Positions 18,998 through 29,216 of a stretch of DNA of 64,000 nucleotides are shown here, piece after piece. This DNA is from Alphaproteobacteria bacterium. GTDB lineage: Bacteria; Pseudomonadota; Alphaproteobacteria; MPNO01; UBA830. The position numbers were made by a program, and so were the translations under genes. The notes beneath the pieces were generated by a model. The model worked only from the letters and a program-made list of their open reading frames with translations, did not search any database and was not told where the DNA came from. The stretch spans positions 928,001-992,000 of the forward strand of contig OZ251539.1 of the NCBI GenBank assembly GCA_965243135.1. The letters run 5' to 3'. How positions within the stretch are numbered: the stretch's first letter is position 1; the number at the start of each line of letters is the position of its first letter.

Positions 18998-20134
18998 TTA
19001 CCTTACGTTGGAGTCGCCGAGCGCCCGGTCGAGGGCGTTCTCGAGGTTGGCCGCGGCGCGGTCGACGTTCTGCAGCTTGTCCAGGCCGAACAACCCGATC
19101 CGGAAGGTGCGGAAATCGTCCGGTTCGTCGCACATCAGGGGCACGCCGGCCGCCGTCTGGATGCCTGCCCGGATAAATTTGGCGCCGTTCTGGATTTCGG
19201 GGTCTTCCGTGTAGCTGACGACGACGCCGGGCGCTTCGAATCCCCGGGCGGCGAGGCTCTTGAAGCCTCTTCGGGAGAGCAGCCCGCGGACGCGGCCGCC
19301 GAGCTCGATTTGCGCGGCGCGGGCCTTGTCGAAACCCCAGGCTTCCGTTTCCCGCATCGCGCCGTGAAACCGGACGATCGCGTCGGTGGGCATCGTCGCA
19401 TGGTAGGCGTGAGCGCCGTTTTCGTAGGCTTCCATGATCTGCAGCCATTTCCCGAGATCCGCGGCGAAGCTGGTGCTGCGGGATTCCCGGACAGCGGACC
19501 TGGCCCGTTCGGAAAGCATCACGAGCGCGCTGCACGGCGACGCGCTCCAGCCCTTTTGCGGCGCGCTGATCAGCACGTCGATCCCGATTTCGGCCATATC
19601 GACCCAGACCGTTCCCGACGCGATGCAATCGAGCGCGAACAGTCCGCCCGTCCGCCGGACCGCCTCCGCGACCTTGCGAAGGTAATCGTCGGGCAGGATC
19701 ATGCCGGAGGCGGTTTCGACGTGGGGGGCGAGGACCAGATCGGGACGGAACTCTTCGACGGCGGCGACCACGTCCTCGACCGGGGCGGGCGCATAGGCCG
19801 GCCGGGGGGCGTCTTCGACCGGGCGCGCCTTGAGCACCCTTTCTTCGGCCGGAATGCCGCCGGCTTCGAAGATCTGGCTCCAGCGGTAGCTGAACCAGCC
19901 GTTGCGGACGACAAGGCATTTTCGCCCGGTCGCCAGTTGGCGCGCCACGGCTTCCATGCCGTAGGTGCCGCCGCCGGGCACCAGCGCCACGGCGTCGGCA
20001 CCGTAGACTTTCCTGAGCGTCGCCGAGACGCCGGTCATGACGTCCTGGAACTTCGCGGACATGTGATTGAGCGAGCGGTCCGTGAAAACCACGGAGTATT
20101 CGAGAAGCCCCTCCGGATCGATCGGTCCAGGCAC
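18998..20134 (-). CDS. Class V PLP aminotransferase (alanine/serine-glyoxylate aminotransferase family)
   Basis: LLEYSVVFTDRSLNHMS, PGGGTYGMEA, HVETASG, SAPQKGW, FRIGLFGLDKL. GTG start after GGAGG. Confidence 0.88.
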   Translation of the reverse strand: MPGPIDPEGLLEYSVVFTDRSLNHMSAKFQDVMTGVSATLRKVYGADAVALVPGGGTYGMEAVARQLATGRKCLVVRNGWFSYRWSQIFEAGGIPAEERVLKARPVEDAPRPAYAPAPVEDVVAAVEEFRPDLVLAPHVETASGMILPDDYLRKVAEAVRRTGGLFALDCIASGTVWVDMAEIGIDVLISAPQKGWSASPCSALVMLSERARSAVRESRSTSFAADLGKWLQIMEAYENGAHAYHATMPTDAIVRFHGAMRETEAWGFDKARAAQIELGGRVRGLLSRRGFKSLAARGFEAPGVVVSYTEDPEIQNGAKFIRAGIQTAAGVPLMCDEPDDFRTFRIGLFGLDKLQNVDRAAANLENALDRALGDSNVR

Positions 20135-20148
20135 GTCATTCCTCCATG

Positions 20149-21516
20149 CTATGCGCGCGCGCTTTCTAACGGAACGGAAGCGGCAGTTCCAACGGCCCGG
20201 GGGAGGAACCGGTTTTCCGGGCGCGGCAGGCCCAGATTCTCGCGCAGCGTTTCGCCTTCGTATTCCCGGCGGAACAGGCCGCGGTCCCGGAGAACGGGAA
20301 TCACGCGATCGACGAAATCGTCGAGGCCTTGCGGCAGGTAGGGGAACATGACGGTGAAGCCGTCGCTGCCCCGGGTCTCCAGCCATTCTTCCATCTCGTC
20401 CGCGATCGTCTCCGGCGTGCCCACCATGGCGAGGCCGGAATAGCCGCCCAGACGCTTCGCGAGCTGGAGGACGGTCAGGCCCTCGCGTTCCGCCAGGTCG
20501 ATCGCGCGCTGACGTCCCGACTTGCTGGCGTTGCTCTCGGGTATCGGAGGCAGCGGGCCGTCGGGATCGAAACGCGAAGCGTCGCAGCCGAGAGAGATGG
20601 ACAACGACGCGATAGCGCTTTCGTCGTGAACGAGGCCGTCGAGCGCCAGCCGCTTCGCGCGGGCCTCTTCGACCGTATCGCCGACCACCACGAAGCAGGC
20701 GGGCATGATCTTGAGATGGTCGGGGTCGCGTCCGATCGCCTTCATGCGGCCCTTGACGTCCTCGTAGAACGCCTGTCCGGCCGCGAGGTCGGCTTGCGCC
20801 GCGAATACGGCTTCGGCCGTTTCGGCGGCGAGGCGGCGGCCGGCCTCGGATCCCCCGGCCTGAACGATGACCGGCCACCCCTGGACGGGACGGGCGATAT
20901 TGAGCGGTCCGCGCACGTCGAAGAATTCCCCGCGATGGTCGAGCACGTGCATCCGGTCCGGGTCGACGAAAATTCCGCTTTCCTGGTTGCGGACGAAAGC
21001 GTCTTCGGCCCAGCTGTCCCACAGGCCCGTCACGACGTCGTGGAACTCCCGGGCCCGCCGGTAGCGGGTCTCGTGGTCGAGATGCTCCTCGCGCCCGAAA
21101 TTCTTCGAGGCGTCGGGATTGGACGTCGTGACGATATTCCAGCCGGCGCGTCCGCCGCTGATGTGGTCGAGCGAAGCGAAGCGCCTGGCGATGTGGTAGG
21201 GCTCGTCGTAAGTCGTCGATCCGGTCGCCATCAGCCCGAGGCGGGCGGTGACCGTCGCGAGCGCCGAGAGGAGGGTGAACGGTTCGAAAGAGGTCGGGGT
21301 CGCGGATCGCCGCAACGCCTCCATCGGCATGTTGAGCACCGCGAGATGGTCCGCCATGAAGAAGCCGTCGAATTTCGCTTCCTCGAGTCTTTGCGCGAAA
21401 CGCCTCAGGCGAGGGAAATTGAAATTCGCGTCGGCCCACGAGCCGGGATAGCGCCATCCTCCGGCGTGAATGGTCGCCGGCCGCATGAACGCGTTGAGTC
21501 GCAACTGTCTGGCCAT
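20149..21516 (-). CDS. LLM-class FMN-dependent monooxygenase (NtaA/SnaA/DszA family)
   Basis: FDGFFMADH, FEPFTLLSALA, ARRFASLDHISGGRAGWNIVT, PVIVQAG, GETLRENLGL. Confidence 0.92.
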   Translation of the reverse strand: MARQLRLNAFMRPATIHAGGWRYPGSWADANFNFPRLRRFAQRLEEAKFDGFFMADHLAVLNMPMEALRRSATPTSFEPFTLLSALATVTARLGLMATGSTTYDEPYHIARRFASLDHISGGRAGWNIVTTSNPDASKNFGREEHLDHETRYRRAREFHDVVTGLWDSWAEDAFVRNQESGIFVDPDRMHVLDHRGEFFDVRGPLNIARPVQGWPVIVQAGGSEAGRRLAAETAEAVFAAQADLAAGQAFYEDVKGRMKAIGRDPDHLKIMPACFVVVGDTVEEARAKRLALDGLVHDESAIASLSISLGCDASRFDPDGPLPPIPESNASKSGRQRAIDLAEREGLTVLQLAKRLGGYSGLAMVGTPETIADEMEEWLETRGSDGFTVMFPYLPQGLDDFVDRVIPVLRDRGLFRREYEGETLRENLGLPRPENRFLPRAVGTAASVPLESARA

Positions 21517-21652
21517 CGGTTCGCCTCCTGCCGGAGATTTACGCCGCAAGGAGCGCGGCGGCAAGGCGGGCGGCATGCGATTCGCTCGGCCGTCGACTAC
21601 GATCGCGCGGTCGGCCGCCGCGTCCTGCCGACGCGAAAGGGAGAGCCGCCGC

Positions 21653-22195
21653 ATGGCACGTTTGAACCCGCCCGATCCTTCGACTTACGACGAGGAACAG
21701 CGCCGCATCGCGGATTCGATCTCCTCCAGCAGGGGATCGATTCGGGGGCCGTTCGGAGTCTGGCTTCATTCGCCGGGGCTGGCCGATCCCGCGCAAAAGG
21801 TGGGCGCGCATCTTCGCTTCTCCTCGGAATTGCCCGGAAACCTGCGCGAAATCGCGATCTGCACGATCGCGCGGCACTGGCGGGCGAATTTCGAGTGGTA
21901 CGCGCATGCGCCGCTCGCCATCGAGGAAGGCGTGTCCGCGGAAGCGATCGAGAAGCTGCGCGTCGGCGAGACGCCGCGGCCGCTGACGGACGGGGAGGCG
22001 CTCGCGCACCGTCTCGCGAAGGAAATGATCGAGACGGGCGGCATGTCCGACGAGTCCTACGCCGCCGGGCTGGAGCGTCTCGGCGAACGGCAACTGGTGG
22101 ATCTGGTCGGCCTCTGCGGATACTACACTCTGGTTTCCTTCACGCTGAACGCGTTCGAGGTGCCCGTTCCCGGCGGGAAACCTCCTTTCGACTGA
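21653..22195 (+). CDS. Carboxymuconolactone decarboxylase family protein
   Basis: GPF..WLHSP, LREIAI, FEWYAH, LVDLVGLCGYY. Confidence 0.85.
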   Translation: MARLNPPDPSTYDEEQRRIADSISSSRGSIRGPFGVWLHSPGLADPAQKVGAHLRFSSELPGNLREIAICTIARHWRANFEWYAHAPLAIEEGVSAEAIEKLRVGETPRPLTDGEALAHRLAKEMIETGGMSDESYAAGLERLGERQLVDLVGLCGYYTLVSFTLNAFEVPVPGGKPPFD

Positions 22196-22326
22196 TACGA
22201 GTCCGCGCTCCGAGGCGTTCGGCCGTCCGGGCGCTCCGCCAAAGAAAGCAGGCCTCGAGATCATCGCTCGAAGGTCGCGCAGGTCTCCGGCGAAGCGGCG
22301 TTGCAGGTTCGGCCTTTCCCGGCGCG

Positions 22327-23115
22327 TCAGGCGCCCTTGAAACGCGGAGGGCGCTTTTCGAAGAAGGCGGCCATGCCTTCCTTGTGGTCTTCCGACAGGA
22401 CGAGCGCCGACTGGGCGAGCCGCTCTATGTCGCGGCCGGTGTGCATGTCGGCGTTGACGCACATGTTGACGACGTGCTTCGCCATGCCCATCGCGAAGGG
22501 CGAGTTCTTCAGCAGGCGCTCCGCGTAGGCGTATACGCGGTCCATGAATTCGGCGTCCTGGTGGACCTGGCTGACGAGTCCGATGCGCCGCGCTTCGCGG
22601 GCGTTGATCGGGTCGGCGGTAATGATCAGTTCCTTGGTCTTGGCGAGGCCGACATGATGGATCATCCGGTTGCAGGCGCCGGAGGCAGGGATCGCGCCGA
22701 GCTGGTTCTCCACCAGGCAGAAGGTGGCGTTTTCGGACGCGATCGAGATGTCGCAGGAAAGGGCCAGTTCCACGCCGCCGCCGTAGCACAGGCCGTTGAT
22801 GGCGGCGATGACCGGAACCTCGAGCGCTTCGAGATCGTCGAAGGCCTGGTGCGCCTGACGATAGTAGAAACGGAACGCCGACTGGTTCAGCCGATCGCTG
22901 CCGAGCATGGCGAGGTCGACTCCTGACGAAAACGCCCGTCCGCGGCCGGTGACGACAAGCACCCGGATGTCGTTCTCGTAAGCGCATCGGGCGATCGCGT
23001 CCCGCCATTCGTCGAACATCTTTCGCGTGAAGGCGTTGAGCCTTTCGGGCCGATCGAGCGTCATGGTCGCGATGCCGTCGTCGCGCAGGTCGAAATCGAT
23101 CTCCGTGTAGTCCAT
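22327..23115 (-). CDS. Enoyl-CoA hydratase/isomerase family protein
   Basis: LDRPERLNA, AFSSGVDL, PVIAAING...GGG.ELAL.CD, DHKEG..AFFEKR.P.FKG. Confidence 0.92.
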   Translation of the reverse strand: MDYTEIDFDLRDDGIATMTLDRPERLNAFTRKMFDEWRDAIARCAYENDIRVLVVTGRGRAFSSGVDLAMLGSDRLNQSAFRFYYRQAHQAFDDLEALEVPVIAAINGLCYGGGVELALSCDISIASENATFCLVENQLGAIPASGACNRMIHHVGLAKTKELIITADPINAREARRIGLVSQVHQDAEFMDRVYAYAERLLKNSPFAMGMAKHVVNMCVNADMHTGRDIERLAQSALVLSEDHKEGMAAFFEKRPPRFKGA

Positions 23116-23245
23116 CCGGTTCTCTCCGTCCGTTCGAGGGTCCGATGGTAGGGGAAGATCCCGCCGGCCGAAAGACGTCCGCGGCGCCGATTGATTTTCG
23201 CCGTTCCTGGCGCAAACTGTCGCGAACTTCGGGAGGATCCGCGCC

Positions 23246-24802
23246 TTGCATTCCGCCGCTCGCATACTCGATCGCGCGGTCAGCTTCTTTCCTGACCGCC
23301 TCGCGATGGTCGACGGCGGCGTCAGGCAGACCTATCGCCAGCTCGGCGCGCGCGTCAGGCGCCTCGCCAACGCGCTGCGCGGCCTCGGTCTCGAGCGCGG
23401 CGACCGGGTGGCCATGCTCGACCTGAACACCTACCGCTACGCCGAAGCGTATTACGCCTGCGCCGCCGCCGGGCTTACGTTCATGCCTCTGAATTCGCGC
23501 CTCGCGGCCCCGGAGCTCGAGTACATCTTCGACGATTCCGATGCGCGCGCGCTGCTGCTGTCCGAGCCGTTTCTGGGACTCTGCGAGGAGGCCGGTCCGG
23601 CGTCGCTGAAGATCGGCCTCGACCTCGATCCCTGTCCCGCCGGCATGCGCGATTACGAGGAATTGCTGGCCGCATCGTCGGAAGCCGGTCCGGACGGCGA
23701 CGGCGACCCCGGCGACATCGCGCAGATCTACTACACGAGCGGAACGACCGGCGACCCCAAGGGCGTCTGCCTCACCCACGGCAACGTGTTCCATTGCGGC
23801 CTCGACTGCGTCGGCACGATGGATTTCCGTCTCGGCTCCACGTGGTTGCATTCGGCGCCGATGTTCCATCTCGCCGACGCGGTGGCGTTCTGGGCCGTTC
23901 CGCTGGTGGGCGGCGCGCAGGTTTGCGCGCGGTTCCGGCCGGACCGGGCGCTGGAGCTGATTCAGGCCGAGCGCGTCACGATCACCTCGCTTCCGGCGAC
24001 GCTGATCGCCATGATCGCCAATCACGGCGACGCGTCGCGGTACGATCTTTCCAGCTTGACGCAGATCATGTACGGGGGATCGCCGACTCCGCTGGGCGTC
24101 TTGCAGAAAGCGCAGGAGTTCTTTCCGTCGAGCTTGATGCTGCATACCTACGGCATCACCGAAACGACGGGCCTCGCCTGCTGCCTGCACCCGGCGGATC
24201 ACGATCTTTCGGCGGCGGAGGGAGGCGCCTACCGGGCGGCATCCTGCGGGCCGCCGACGCCGCTTGTCGATCTCCGCGTGGTGGACGACGACGACAACGA
24301 TTTGCCGCCCGGCGAGATCGGCGAAGTCCTTTGCGGCGGCCCCAAGATCATGAGCGGCTACTGGCGCAAGCCGGACCTGACGCTCGATGCGCTGCGCGGC
24401 GGATGGTATCATACCGGCGACGTCGGATACCGCGACGAGACGGGGCATCTTTATCTCGTGGACCGCAAGAAGGACATGATCATCACCGGCGCGGAAAACG
24501 TCTACTCCGTGGAGGTCGAGAGCTTGCTTTCCACTCATCCCGCCGTGCTCGAAGCCGCGGTGATCGGCATACCGCACGACCTCTGGGGCGAGCAGGTGCA
24601 CGCCGTCGTCGTCCGGCGCCCGGGAGCCGGCGAGGCGTCGGCCGAAGAGATCCTCGAACATTGCCGGGGCAGGATCGCCGGCTACAAGATCCCGAAGTCG
24701 CTCGAGTTCGTGGAAGGGCCGCTGCCCGTCACCGGACCCGGCAAGATCGCCAAGCGCCGGCTGCGCGATCCCTACTGGTCCGGGAAGGCGCGCCGGATCT
24801 GA
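23246..24802 (+). CDS. Long-chain-fatty-acid/acyl-CoA ligase
   Basis: YTSGTTGDPKG, YGITE, WYHTGD, DRKKDMIITG, GKIAK. Start uncertain. Confidence 0.9.
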   Translation: MHSAARILDRAVSFFPDRLAMVDGGVRQTYRQLGARVRRLANALRGLGLERGDRVAMLDLNTYRYAEAYYACAAAGLTFMPLNSRLAAPELEYIFDDSDARALLLSEPFLGLCEEAGPASLKIGLDLDPCPAGMRDYEELLAASSEAGPDGDGDPGDIAQIYYTSGTTGDPKGVCLTHGNVFHCGLDCVGTMDFRLGSTWLHSAPMFHLADAVAFWAVPLVGGAQVCARFRPDRALELIQAERVTITSLPATLIAMIANHGDASRYDLSSLTQIMYGGSPTPLGVLQKAQEFFPSSLMLHTYGITETTGLACCLHPADHDLSAAEGGAYRAASCGPPTPLVDLRVVDDDDNDLPPGEIGEVLCGGPKIMSGYWRKPDLTLDALRGGWYHTGDVGYRDETGHLYLVDRKKDMIITGAENVYSVEVESLLSTHPAVLEAAVIGIPHDLWGEQVHAVVVRRPGAGEASAEEILEHCRGRIAGYKIPKSLEFVEGPLPVTGPGKIAKRRLRDPYWSGKARRI

Positions 24803-24849
24803 GCCCGCCGCGCCGCGGAAGCCGGTCGATACGTTACGGGAGTTCAAAG

Positions 24850-25863
24850 TTGGAAAATTTCGTTCGCAACGCCTGGTACGCCGCCTGCTGGTCCGGGGAA
24901 CTGACCGGATCTCCCCGCTCCCGGAGCCTCCTCGGTCTCGACGTCGCCTTGTTCCGCACGGAGTCGGGCCGGCCCGCGGCGCTCGAGGACTGCTGTCCCC
25001 ACCGGTTCGCCCCGCTGTCGATGGGAGGCGTGGAGGGCGAGCACATCGTCTGCGGCTATCACGGCATGAGGTTCGGCCGCGACGGCGTCTGCGTCGACGT
25101 GCCCGGCCAGAAGAACGTGCCGTCCCGCGCCCGCGTCCGCGCCTTTCCCGTCGTCGAGAAATACGGGGTGGCCTGGGTCTGGACGGGCGACGGCGATCGG
25201 GCCGACGAAAGCCTCGTTCCCGACGTTCACTGGCTCGACAAGCCGGGCTGGTCGTCGGTGACCGGGACGATGCGCTACGAGTGCAACTGGTTGCTGTTGG
25301 TCGACAACCTGATCGACCTTTCCCATACGACCTTCGTTCACAGGTCGACGATCGGCACCGACGACGTCGCGGCGACGCCGGTGACCGTGAAGCGCGACGG
25401 CGACGTCGTCACCGTCACGCGGCTCATGAACGACACGGAACCTTCGAACTTCTACAGGAAGGTGGGAGGCTTCGAGGGAAAGATCGATCGCTGGCACCGG
25501 ATATGGCTCGATCCGCCGTCGACCGTGGTCATCGACGCGGGCGGGGTTCCAGCCGGCGCGAAGGGCGGTGGCATAGACACCCGGATCATCAGCATGCTGA
25601 CTCCGGTGAACGGGCGATCCGTAGATCAGTTCTGGGCTTTTTCACGCGATTTCCGAACCGGCGACGCCGGGATCGACGAGATCATCGCCCAATCCATCGA
25701 CACGACCTTCAACGAGGACCGGGCCATCCTGGCCGGCCAGCAACGCAACTTCGAACGGATGCCGCATCGGCGGATGCTCAACAACGCGGCCGACGGCGGC
25801 GTCGCGCAGGCGCGCCGCGTCGTCGACCGGCTGCTCGCGGCGGAGAGCCGCGCCGGGACGTAG
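24850..25863 (+). CDS. Rieske non-heme iron oxygenase alpha subunit (VanA-like)
   Basis: RNAWY, Rieske CPH...CGYHG, DNLIDLSH..FVH, F.ED. TTG start after GGGAG. Confidence 0.9.
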   Translation: MENFVRNAWYAACWSGELTGSPRSRSLLGLDVALFRTESGRPAALEDCCPHRFAPLSMGGVEGEHIVCGYHGMRFGRDGVCVDVPGQKNVPSRARVRAFPVVEKYGVAWVWTGDGDRADESLVPDVHWLDKPGWSSVTGTMRYECNWLLLVDNLIDLSHTTFVHRSTIGTDDVAATPVTVKRDGDVVTVTRLMNDTEPSNFYRKVGGFEGKIDRWHRIWLDPPSTVVIDAGGVPAGAKGGGIDTRIISMLTPVNGRSVDQFWAFSRDFRTGDAGIDEIIAQSIDTTFNEDRAILAGQQRNFERMPHRRMLNNAADGGVAQARRVVDRLLAAESRAGT

Positions 25864-25905
25864 CGCGCGGGCGAACGCGCGCTTTTGGGGGCGTCGAGGT
25901 TGCCC

Positions 25906-26115
25906 TTAGTCCAGCGCCACGATATTGTCCGCCGCCTGCCTTCCGTCGCGGCTGGGAACGAGTTCGAACTGAACCTTCTGACCCTCGCGCAGCCCGGTGA
26001 GACCCGCCCGCTCGACCGCCGAGATATGCACGAACGCGTCTTTTCCTCCGGCGTCGGGCTCGATGAATCCGAATCCCTTGGTTGAATTGAACCATTTCAC
26101 GGTGCCTGTCGGCAT
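25906..26115 (-). CDS. cspA: Cold-shock protein
   Basis: GTVKWFN..KGFGFI, FVHISA. Confidence 0.95.
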   Translation of the reverse strand: MPTGTVKWFNSTKGFGFIEPDAGGKDAFVHISAVERAGLTGLREGQKVQFELVPSRDGRQAADNIVALD

Positions 26116-26803
26116 AGCTACTTCTCCTTACAGTTACTGCGCAAGGATTGCGCAGCTTCGCTTCCTGTCCGGGTGTAGCTGGTCGAGGTCTTCGAAGAGT
26201 ACGCCTGGGCAGGCGTCAAGCGTACCGAACAGGTGCATGAAAAGCAAAAAGAGAATAACCGAAAGAAAATCGCGATCAGGATCCCGGTCCGCGACGGCCG
26301 CGAAGCGCGGAAAGCCCGCGGGCGCCTCTCGGGGCGGACGGTCTCCTTGCCCGTAAGCGCGCGGTGCCGAAGCGGGCGAAACGCGGCCTTTCGACCGCCG
26401 AGCGCGTCGAACGAAATTTCGGCGACCTCCGGGCGACGTTCGTCCCTGACTGCGGTATGCGAAGGATTTCGCAGGCGGCGAAGAATTCAGGATGGTTTTC
26501 GAAACGGACCCGCGTCGCCTGCGCGCGGCCGACGCGGTTTCAGCCCTCCGATGAACTCGGGTTCGTCGAGGGCGGTTTCGTACCGGTCTTCGCGGTGCCC
26601 GGCTGCCCGGAAAATGCCGTCAAGAAGCCGGCGGGCCGTTTCGCGCCCGAAACGAACCTCGCGCTACGCCTTCCTTCGGCCCGCCGTTCGCGCCCCCGTT
26701 CCGCGGGAGAGATCGCCTTTGCGCCGCCCCCTGTCGCCTCCGGAAGTCCAGCGCTTCGAAAGGGACGAGGTCGAACTTTTCCGGACAGACCGCAGGCCGC
26801 GTT

Positions 26804-27853
26804 CTACAGGGCGATTCGCGGCTGCGTCCTTGCGGTGCGGATGCCGCAGGTCCGGTGACGGAACGCCGGCGGGCGCGGCCGGATTTCCTCGTTCTGCAGC
26901 CACAGCCGCCAGAGATGGCGGGGGCGTCCAGGCCGGTCCTCGTAAGCGGTCCGAGAATGCATGGTGACGTGGCTATTGAGTATCTGAACGTCGCCGACCT
27001 TGAAGCTCATGGACAGGTGCAGCTCTTCGTTGATTTCGCCCATCAGGGCGAAAGCCGCCTTTTGCGCCGCGCTCAGCGGCGGATTTCCGGGCAGCGCATG
27101 TCCCTTCTCGATATGCTTTCTGCCCCCTGCGGTCGTGAGATACCCGTCGACGTAGTTGAAGATCGCGGCCTTGTACCAAGGAGCTTCGCCGGGGCCGACT
27201 TCGCCGTGCCGCGTCCAGTACATTTCCCGCGCCAGTTCCGCGGCCAGATCCGGCCTGCGGCGGACCATCTCGTTATGGACCGCGGCCGCGCTGACGATCT
27301 TCGATTGCCCGCCCGATTTGGCGGTTTCGAGGCAAAGCAGCGATACGACGTCGCACTGGTCCGTGTGGAACAGCATATGGGCGCTGGTCTGGTAGCCCCG
27401 GTGCTTCGGATTGTCGTAATCCTTGCCGAGGTCGATGACGCTGCCGATCATGTCGCCTTCGGGATTGTTCGACAACGGCCGCCCGATTCGCAGTCCCATC
27501 GCCCAATAGGCGACGGCGAGGTCGAGACGGTCCCATTCCCGCACCGGCATGCCGCGGATGAGTTGGAAGCCGCATCCGTCCCTGATCCGATGGAAGACTT
27601 CGTCCATTGCGCCGGCGAATGGGCCGAGGTCGAACGACGCGGGGTCGGCTCTCAGAATGCCGTTCGGGTCGTCGCCGATTTCCCTGCGCGCCCGCGCCGC
27701 GGTCTCGGCGAGCGCCGCCAGCTCTTCCTCGGTCAGAACGCGCAGCCAGTCCGTCCGCTTCGCGATTTCGGCTCCGGTCCAGACGGCCGGATCGGCGACC
27801 GGCTTTCCCGGCTCGGCCGGTTCGCGAAGAACGGTTGGCGCTTTGTCGAGCAT
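26804..27853 (-). CDS. TauD/TfdA-family Fe(II)/2-oxoglutarate dioxygenase
   Basis: FHTD, SGGQS, HSRT, RHLWRLWL. Upstream TAGAAT-6 nt-ATG suggests a leaderless transcript. Confidence 0.88.
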   Translation of the reverse strand: MLDKAPTVLREPAEPGKPVADPAVWTGAEIAKRTDWLRVLTEEELAALAETAARARREIGDDPNGILRADPASFDLGPFAGAMDEVFHRIRDGCGFQLIRGMPVREWDRLDLAVAYWAMGLRIGRPLSNNPEGDMIGSVIDLGKDYDNPKHRGYQTSAHMLFHTDQCDVVSLLCLETAKSGGQSKIVSAAAVHNEMVRRRPDLAAELAREMYWTRHGEVGPGEAPWYKAAIFNYVDGYLTTAGGRKHIEKGHALPGNPPLSAAQKAAFALMGEINEELHLSMSFKVGDVQILNSHVTMHSRTAYEDRPGRPRHLWRLWLQNEEIRPRPPAFRHRTCGIRTARTQPRIAL

Positions 27854-27949
27854 GCGCCCATTCTACGCGGAGTCGGCGAGAAGATCCATTCGTGCGCGGT
27901 GCCGGTTCCGCCCTGCGCGGGCGCGTCCTGCGGAACTGTCGGCCGGGTT

Positions 27950-28480
27950 TCATTCGACGCGGATGACGAGCTCGCTGCGAACGTGACCCGTTTCGCTCAG
28001 ACGATAGGTTTCGACGGCGCGGTCCAGCGCGAACGTTGCGCCGACCGTCGGGCGCACCGCGCCTTCCTCGAGCAGCGCCGCGATACGCTTCGTTCCCGCG
28101 CATTCGTAAGCGACCGGCGGCGTCGAAATGCGAATGTCCTCGCGCCGGGGGCTGTCGGGAACGGGCGCGGCATTGAGGCCGACCAGCGGGACGCCGGGTT
28201 TGAGTGCGCTTTGCGAGCGCAGGAGAACGTCGCCGCGGGCCGTGACGACGTCGAGATCCGAAACCGCGTCGCGGAAATCCGCGGCTGCGTAGACCGCGGC
28301 CAGCTCCGCACGGCTGCCCCAGCGGGTTGGAGGGCAGACGCCGAACACCTCGTCCCCGACCGCGAATTCCGGCGCGTTCGATCCCGTTCCGACGACGATT
28401 CCCGAAAGGTCGCGTCCTGGAACGTCGAGGAAGTCGAGTTCGAAACGCCCGCGCATGAGTTCGTTCCGCACCTTCCAGTC
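27950..28480 (-). pseudogene. Decayed NADP-dependent (quinone reductase/MDR family) oxidoreductase
   Basis: IDWKVR, PGRDLSGIV, FAVGDEVFG and SETGHVRSELVIRV are present. The central Rossmann region and N-terminus are missing. Confidence 0.7.
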
Positions 28481-28750
28481 GATCGTAAGCGTTCGGCCGC
28501 GGGGTGACCTGTCCGTTCCGCCTGCAGTCCCGGTGCAGGGCAGGCTCCCGTTGACTTTGCGTTGCATTTCCGGGGTTCCTGTTTCCTCAGGCTTTCGCGA
28601 GTCTCCCAAGCCACGGCTTCGAGCGAGCCCTGAAGGTTCGGCGGCGGAAGCCCGCCTCGCTCGACCGAACGAGCGGAACGTTCCCGTCCGACGGAACCGT
28701 TGCCTGAAGTTCAGGCGTTTCGCCGCTTACGGCGTATGTCGTCATGCGCA
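28475..28750 (+). repeat. Dispersed repeat family R-B (copy 1)
   Basis: 28475-28635 matches 30920-31068 inverted, and 28565-28745 matches 45200-45365 direct. Contains the palindrome GCCTGAA-G-TTCAGGC. Confidence 0.8.
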
Positions 28751-28880
28751 CCGCCCCTGCCGTCGCCTCGAGGACAGAGCCTGGCAGCCTCCCTCGACCA
28801 GCCTCTCGCCCTGGCGCAAACGTCTCTCCTTTGACGATCGGTGCCGCGGGTCTCCGGAACCGTCTCCGGAAAGGACGCTT

Positions 28881-29135
28881 ATGACCGCCTTCGAGATCGC
28901 CAACCTCGCCATCGCTTCCGCCGCCGTGGCCGTCGTCGCGGCCGTCGTCGCGGCCGTCGGCGTATGGCGTCCGCGCCAACGACGAACGCGGGCAACAACA
29001 GCGCGCGGCCACGCAGCAGCGCGAAGCCGAAGAATGCCGCCACGAGGAGAACATGACGGCGCTCAAGGCGCCGATAGCCGGCTTCGAACGCCAGACCGCC
29101 GCGCTGTAAACCGTCGTCGAACGAACGGCGTCCGG
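28881..29135 (+). pseudogene. Decayed small single-TM/coiled-coil protein
   Basis: AAGGA RBS, then MTAFEIANLAIASAAVAVVAAVVAAVGVW. After a frameshift it reads RHEENMTALKAPIAGFERQTAAL*TVVERT. Confidence 0.5.
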
Positions 29136-29216
29136 ACCCGCGACGTCATGACCGCTTTCGCCAGCATCGCCGCAGGAAGGCCTCGCGACGGCCTGGCAAA
29201 GCCGACTGACGGCGGT

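Noticed and set aside
4967-25863. Apparent long N-terminal extensions or fusions in the ORF track (4967..6991, 18998..21457, 23794..25863)
   Set aside because: The extensions overlap upstream genes in other frames. The true starts are better placed at 5804, 20134 and 24850.
26116-26300. cspA 5'UTR thermoregulator RNA
   Set aside because: Plausible by position, but no structure could be verified by eye. Needs an Rfam search.
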